Positions 60,787 to 64,000 of a DNA stretch of 64,000 nt are shown here, piece by piece (position 1 is the stretch's first letter; every line of letters starts with the position of its first letter). The stretch covers positions 1 to 64,000 of the forward strand of contig CAVPOC010000006.1 of NCBI GenBank assembly GCA_963706955.1, given 5' to 3'. This stretch comes from an uncultured Verrucomicrobiae bacterium. Lineage in GTDB: Bacteria > Verrucomicrobiota > Verrucomicrobiia > Chthoniobacterales > Terrimicrobiaceae. A program made the translations under genes and the position numbers. Under the pieces are notes generated by a model. The model saw only the letters and a list, made by a program, of their open reading frames with translations, did no database searches and was not told the DNA's origin.

Positions 60787-62616
60787 ATGCCGTTGACTCA
60801 TCATACAGAATCCGAAGTTGCTCCGCGCACTGTTCCGCATCGCCCTGAAGTTGTTCCCGCTTACACCTGGGACTTGACGCCCCTTTACCGCGATGAAAAC
60901 GCGTGGGAGAATGACTTTAAGGCGCTCCAGGCAGACTACCTCCAGGTATTGAGTTTTCGCGGCAAGGTCGGGACAAGCGCGCAAGAACTGCGCGAGGCTC
61001 TTGAATTCGAGAAGAAGATCGACGTCCGAGTGGAGCGCCTCATCCAATATGCGAGTCTGCGCGTCGCTGAAGACTCCTCCAGCGACGCTTCTCTTTCCCG
61101 AGAGGCGCGGCTCGACAGCCTGCGTGTTCGCATCGGCGAAGCGTTCTCATTTCTCGGGCCGGAGATTCAGGCCATATCCGATGAGACGTTCGACCGCTAT
61201 CTCTCGCACGAAACGCTTGCTGAGTGGGTCATTCGACTTCAGAAGCTCCGGCGGTTGAAACCTCACACATTATCGGCGAGTGAGGAGCGTCTTCTGGCCC
61301 TGGGTTCGTCCGCCCTGCGCGGCCACCAGGAAACCTTTTCTCAACTAACCAACGTGGACATGAAGTTTGGCTTTGTCCGCGATGATTCGGGAAAAGAGCG
61401 CGAGTTGACGCAAAGCTCGCTCTCTTCCTTTCTTCAGCAGCGCGACCCTGACGTTCGACGGCAGGCGTTTCATCGCTTTTACGCGGAGTTCAAGGACCAT
61501 CAATTCACACTTGCATCCTCGCTCGGAAGTTCGATTCGGGCAGATGTTTTTGATTCACGCGCGCGAAATTATCCCTCGTCAATCAATGCGGCGCTGTTTG
61601 CCGACGACGTGCCTTTGCGGGTCTACGACAATCTTATCGTTACCGTTCGCAGCCGTCTGGCTCCCTTATATGACTATTTCGCATTGCGACGGCGGGTCCT
61701 CGGGTTGCCCGAGATTCATCATTACGACACGTATGTTCCCATTGTCGGCGAGATGCAGACCAATGTGGACTGGGACGCCGCCGTGGACCTTGTCCTGGCG
61801 GCGCTGACTCCTTTGGGTGCGGAATACTTGGCCACGCTGGGTCACGGGTTACGCGAGGGCCGATGGTCCGACCGTTACGAGAACAAGGGTAAGCGCAGTG
61901 GGGCCTTTAGTTACGGCACATATACAAGTCCGCCATACATCATGATGAACTACAAGACGGACGTATTTTCCGACGTCTATACGCTGGCGCATGAGGCGGG
62001 GCATTCCATGCACACCTGGTATGCCAACCGGACGCAAGAATATCAAAACGCCCACTATCCGATCTTCCTCGCGGAAGTCGCCTCCACCTTCAACGAGATT
62101 CTGCTTACCGAGCACTTGTTGGCGACGACCAATGATGAGCGGATGCGCGCCTATGTCTTGAACCGTCAGATCGACGATCTGCGGGGAACTCTCTTTCGCC
62201 AGACCATGTTTGCCGAATTCGAGCGCTCGACGCATGCGGCGGAGGAAGCTGGGGAGCCATTGACTCTCCAAGGTTTCAAGAAAGTCTATCGCGAACTATT
62301 GAATGCCTACTTTGGGCCCAGCTTTGCCATCGATCCCGAACTCGAGCTCGAAGGGCTCAGAATTCCGCATTTTTATAGCGCCTTTTATGTCTACAAGTAT
62401 GCGACCGGAATTTCCGCGGCAGTCGCGCTCGCTCGGCAGGTGCTTGAAACTGGGGACGCCACTCGTTACCTGAACTTCCTGCGAAGCGGTGGCAGCAAAT
62501 TCCCGATTGAGACGCTCGCGGAGGCGGGGGTCGACATGTCCTCTCCAGCACCGGTCGAGGCTGCGCTTGAATTGTTCGAGCGGCGTATCGAGGAACTAAG
62601 CAGGTTGCTCGCTTAG
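60787..62616 (+). CDS. pepF: Oligoendopeptidase F (M3B)
   Basis: WDLTPLY, GKRSGAFS, TLAHEAGHSMH, AEVASTFNE, FRQTMFAEFE and RIPHFY..FYVYKYATG. Confidence 0.95.
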   Translation: MPLTHHTESEVAPRTVPHRPEVVPAYTWDLTPLYRDENAWENDFKALQADYLQVLSFRGKVGTSAQELREALEFEKKIDVRVERLIQYASLRVAEDSSSDASLSREARLDSLRVRIGEAFSFLGPEIQAISDETFDRYLSHETLAEWVIRLQKLRRLKPHTLSASEERLLALGSSALRGHQETFSQLTNVDMKFGFVRDDSGKERELTQSSLSSFLQQRDPDVRRQAFHRFYAEFKDHQFTLASSLGSSIRADVFDSRARNYPSSINAALFADDVPLRVYDNLIVTVRSRLAPLYDYFALRRRVLGLPEIHHYDTYVPIVGEMQTNVDWDAAVDLVLAALTPLGAEYLATLGHGLREGRWSDRYENKGKRSGAFSYGTYTSPPYIMMNYKTDVFSDVYTLAHEAGHSMHTWYANRTQEYQNAHYPIFLAEVASTFNEILLTEHLLATTNDERMRAYVLNRQIDDLRGTLFRQTMFAEFERSTHAAEEAGEPLTLQGFKKVYRELLNAYFGPSFAIDPELELEGLRIPHFYSAFYVYKYATGISAAVALARQVLETGDATRYLNFLRSGGSKFPIETLAEAGVDMSSPAPVEAALELFERRIEELSRLLA

Positions 62617-62841
62617 GGGCGGAGCCGATTACGAGTAGCCACCGCCAGTCTCGCCTGTCCATTGAAGAAATCTCGATGAATTCGGATCCGACCGTCTGGT
62701 GGAAAGAATGCACCCTCGTCTTCTCCGACGCTGATCGAGGATTTGTGGTGCTTCGCCGCGGACGAACAAGGCGAGACAGTCGAGCGCCTGAGATGGGAAT
62801 TTTCAATGCGCAGCGCGGCAACCACTGTCCCGTGATCTGAT

Positions 62842-64000
62842 ATGAAGCGAGGATTTCTGGAAAAACTGATCGAGCGCATCGGGCTCGTCCAACCCGGCGA
62901 CGTTCAGAACTACCTCGTCGAGATCGCCCGCGAGAAAGGATTTCTCGAGACAATCTTTAACGCCATCTTGGAGGGAGTCATCGTTACAGATCCAGGCGGT
63001 CGAATCATTTACCTGAATCGTGCGGCCTGTGGATTCTTTGGGGTCGATCCGGAAAGCAGTATCGGCAAGCCACTCGGGGAGGTGGTCCGAGGTTTGGATC
63101 TGGGGCAACCCTCGGGACCAGGCGAAGTCGTCAGCCGCGATCTGGAGGTATTCTATCCGGAAAATCGATTCCTGAACTTTTATGTCGTGCCGTTGATGAG
63201 CGAGGATACACACGAAGAATTGGCCGGCCGCGCGATCATCTTACGAGATATCACTCAGAATCGCCGCGCCACCCAGGAGACGATCGAGAGCGAGCGCTTT
63301 TCGGCCTTGACCCTTCTGGCCGCCGGTGTCGCCCACGAGATCGGCAATCCTCTTAACTCCCTGGACATTCATCTGCAGTTGATACAGCGCCGAATCAAAA
63401 AACTGCCTGCGAAGACGCGTCAGGAACTCGGCGAGTCGATTCAGATCGCACGACAGGAGGTCGGCCGTCTGGACCATATCATCACGCAATTCCTTCGCGC
63501 GATTCGTCCTCAGCAACTGACCACGCGAATGGAGAACGTCAATTCGGTTCTCGAGGAGTCCGTCGCCTTTCTCGATGCCGAGCTAAAGGATCGTGACATC
63601 CTCGTCGAACTCGAGCTGGACAGGTCTCTTCCTCCGCTCGAAATCGACCGCGAACAAATCAAACAGGCGTGCTACAACATCATTCGCAACGCTCTTCAAG
63701 CCATGAAAAGCGGCGGGATCCTCAGGGTACGCTCAGGAGCCGATGAAACCCACCAGTTCGTTTCCTTCTCCGATACAGGCGGCGGAATCCCTCCCGAGGA
63801 TATCAGTCGCGTTTTCGAGCCGTATTTTACAACCAAGTCGAGCGGCTCGGGACTCGGGCTTTTGATCGTTCGCCGAATCGTGCGCGCCCATGGCGGAGAA
63901 GTTATCATTGAAAGCGAGCGCAATCGAGGACTCATCCTCACCATTCGGCTGCCACGTGTCGATCGACGCGTTCGGTTTCTCGAGCAGGGCTCTGCGACCG
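62842..64000 (+). CDS. PAS-domain sensor histidine kinase (NtrB-like); runs off the right edge
   Basis: Translated by hand: MKRGFLEKLIERIG..., PAS region (EGVIVTDPGGRIIYLNRAA), H-box AGVAHEIGNPL, N-box YNIIRNALQA, DTGGGI and FEPYFTTKSSGSGLGL. Confidence 0.92.
   Translation, partial: MKRGFLEKLIERIGLVQPGDVQNYLVEIAREKGFLETIFNAILEGVIVTDPGGRIIYLNRAACGFFGVDPESSIGKPLGEVVRGLDLGQPSGPGEVVSRDLEVFYPENRFLNFYVVPLMSEDTHEELAGRAIILRDITQNRRATQETIESERFSALTLLAAGVAHEIGNPLNSLDIHLQLIQRRIKKLPAKTRQELGESIQIARQEVGRLDHIITQFLRAIRPQQLTTRMENVNSVLEESVAFLDAELKDRDILVELELDRSLPPLEIDREQIKQACYNIIRNALQAMKSGGILRVRSGADETHQFVSFSDTGGGIPPEDISRVFEPYFTTKSSGSGLGLLIVRRIVRAHGGEVIIESERNRGLILTIRLPRVDRRVRFLEQGSAT

Noticed and set aside
62613..62879. 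88-aa minus-strand ORF between pepF and the histidine kinase
   Set aside because: It overlaps the kinase start and has no motif; it cannot be supported.

Overview
This is a GC-rich bacterial chromosomal window. Gene content and style suggest Verrucomicrobiota (Chthoniobacterales-like), which is an inference. From left to right it holds: a compatible-solute cluster (GpgS-like synthase, two GT4 glycosyltransferases, a HAD phosphatase and a glucosylglycerate-phosphorylase-like GH13); housekeeping genes (glgP, tlyA, nadK, rph, gmd, rpmB, xerC, an HtrA protease, tkt, hpt, ruvA, rpoZ, smpB, thyA, folA, metG, pepF and others); tRNA-Pro(CGG) followed by a 135-137 bp tandem array carrying direct and inverted copies of the tRNA 3' end; and a DUF4912-type protein with about 18 Ser-Ser-Trp octad repeats. 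Directly downstream of tRNA-Asp(GTC) lies an accessory block encoding three signal-less proteases of different families (caspase-like C14, metzincin, M14 carboxypeptidase) plus two small partner ORFs. That block is the best candidate for an undescribed system. Four single-base frameshifts in three genes may be assembly errors or recent pseudogenisation.
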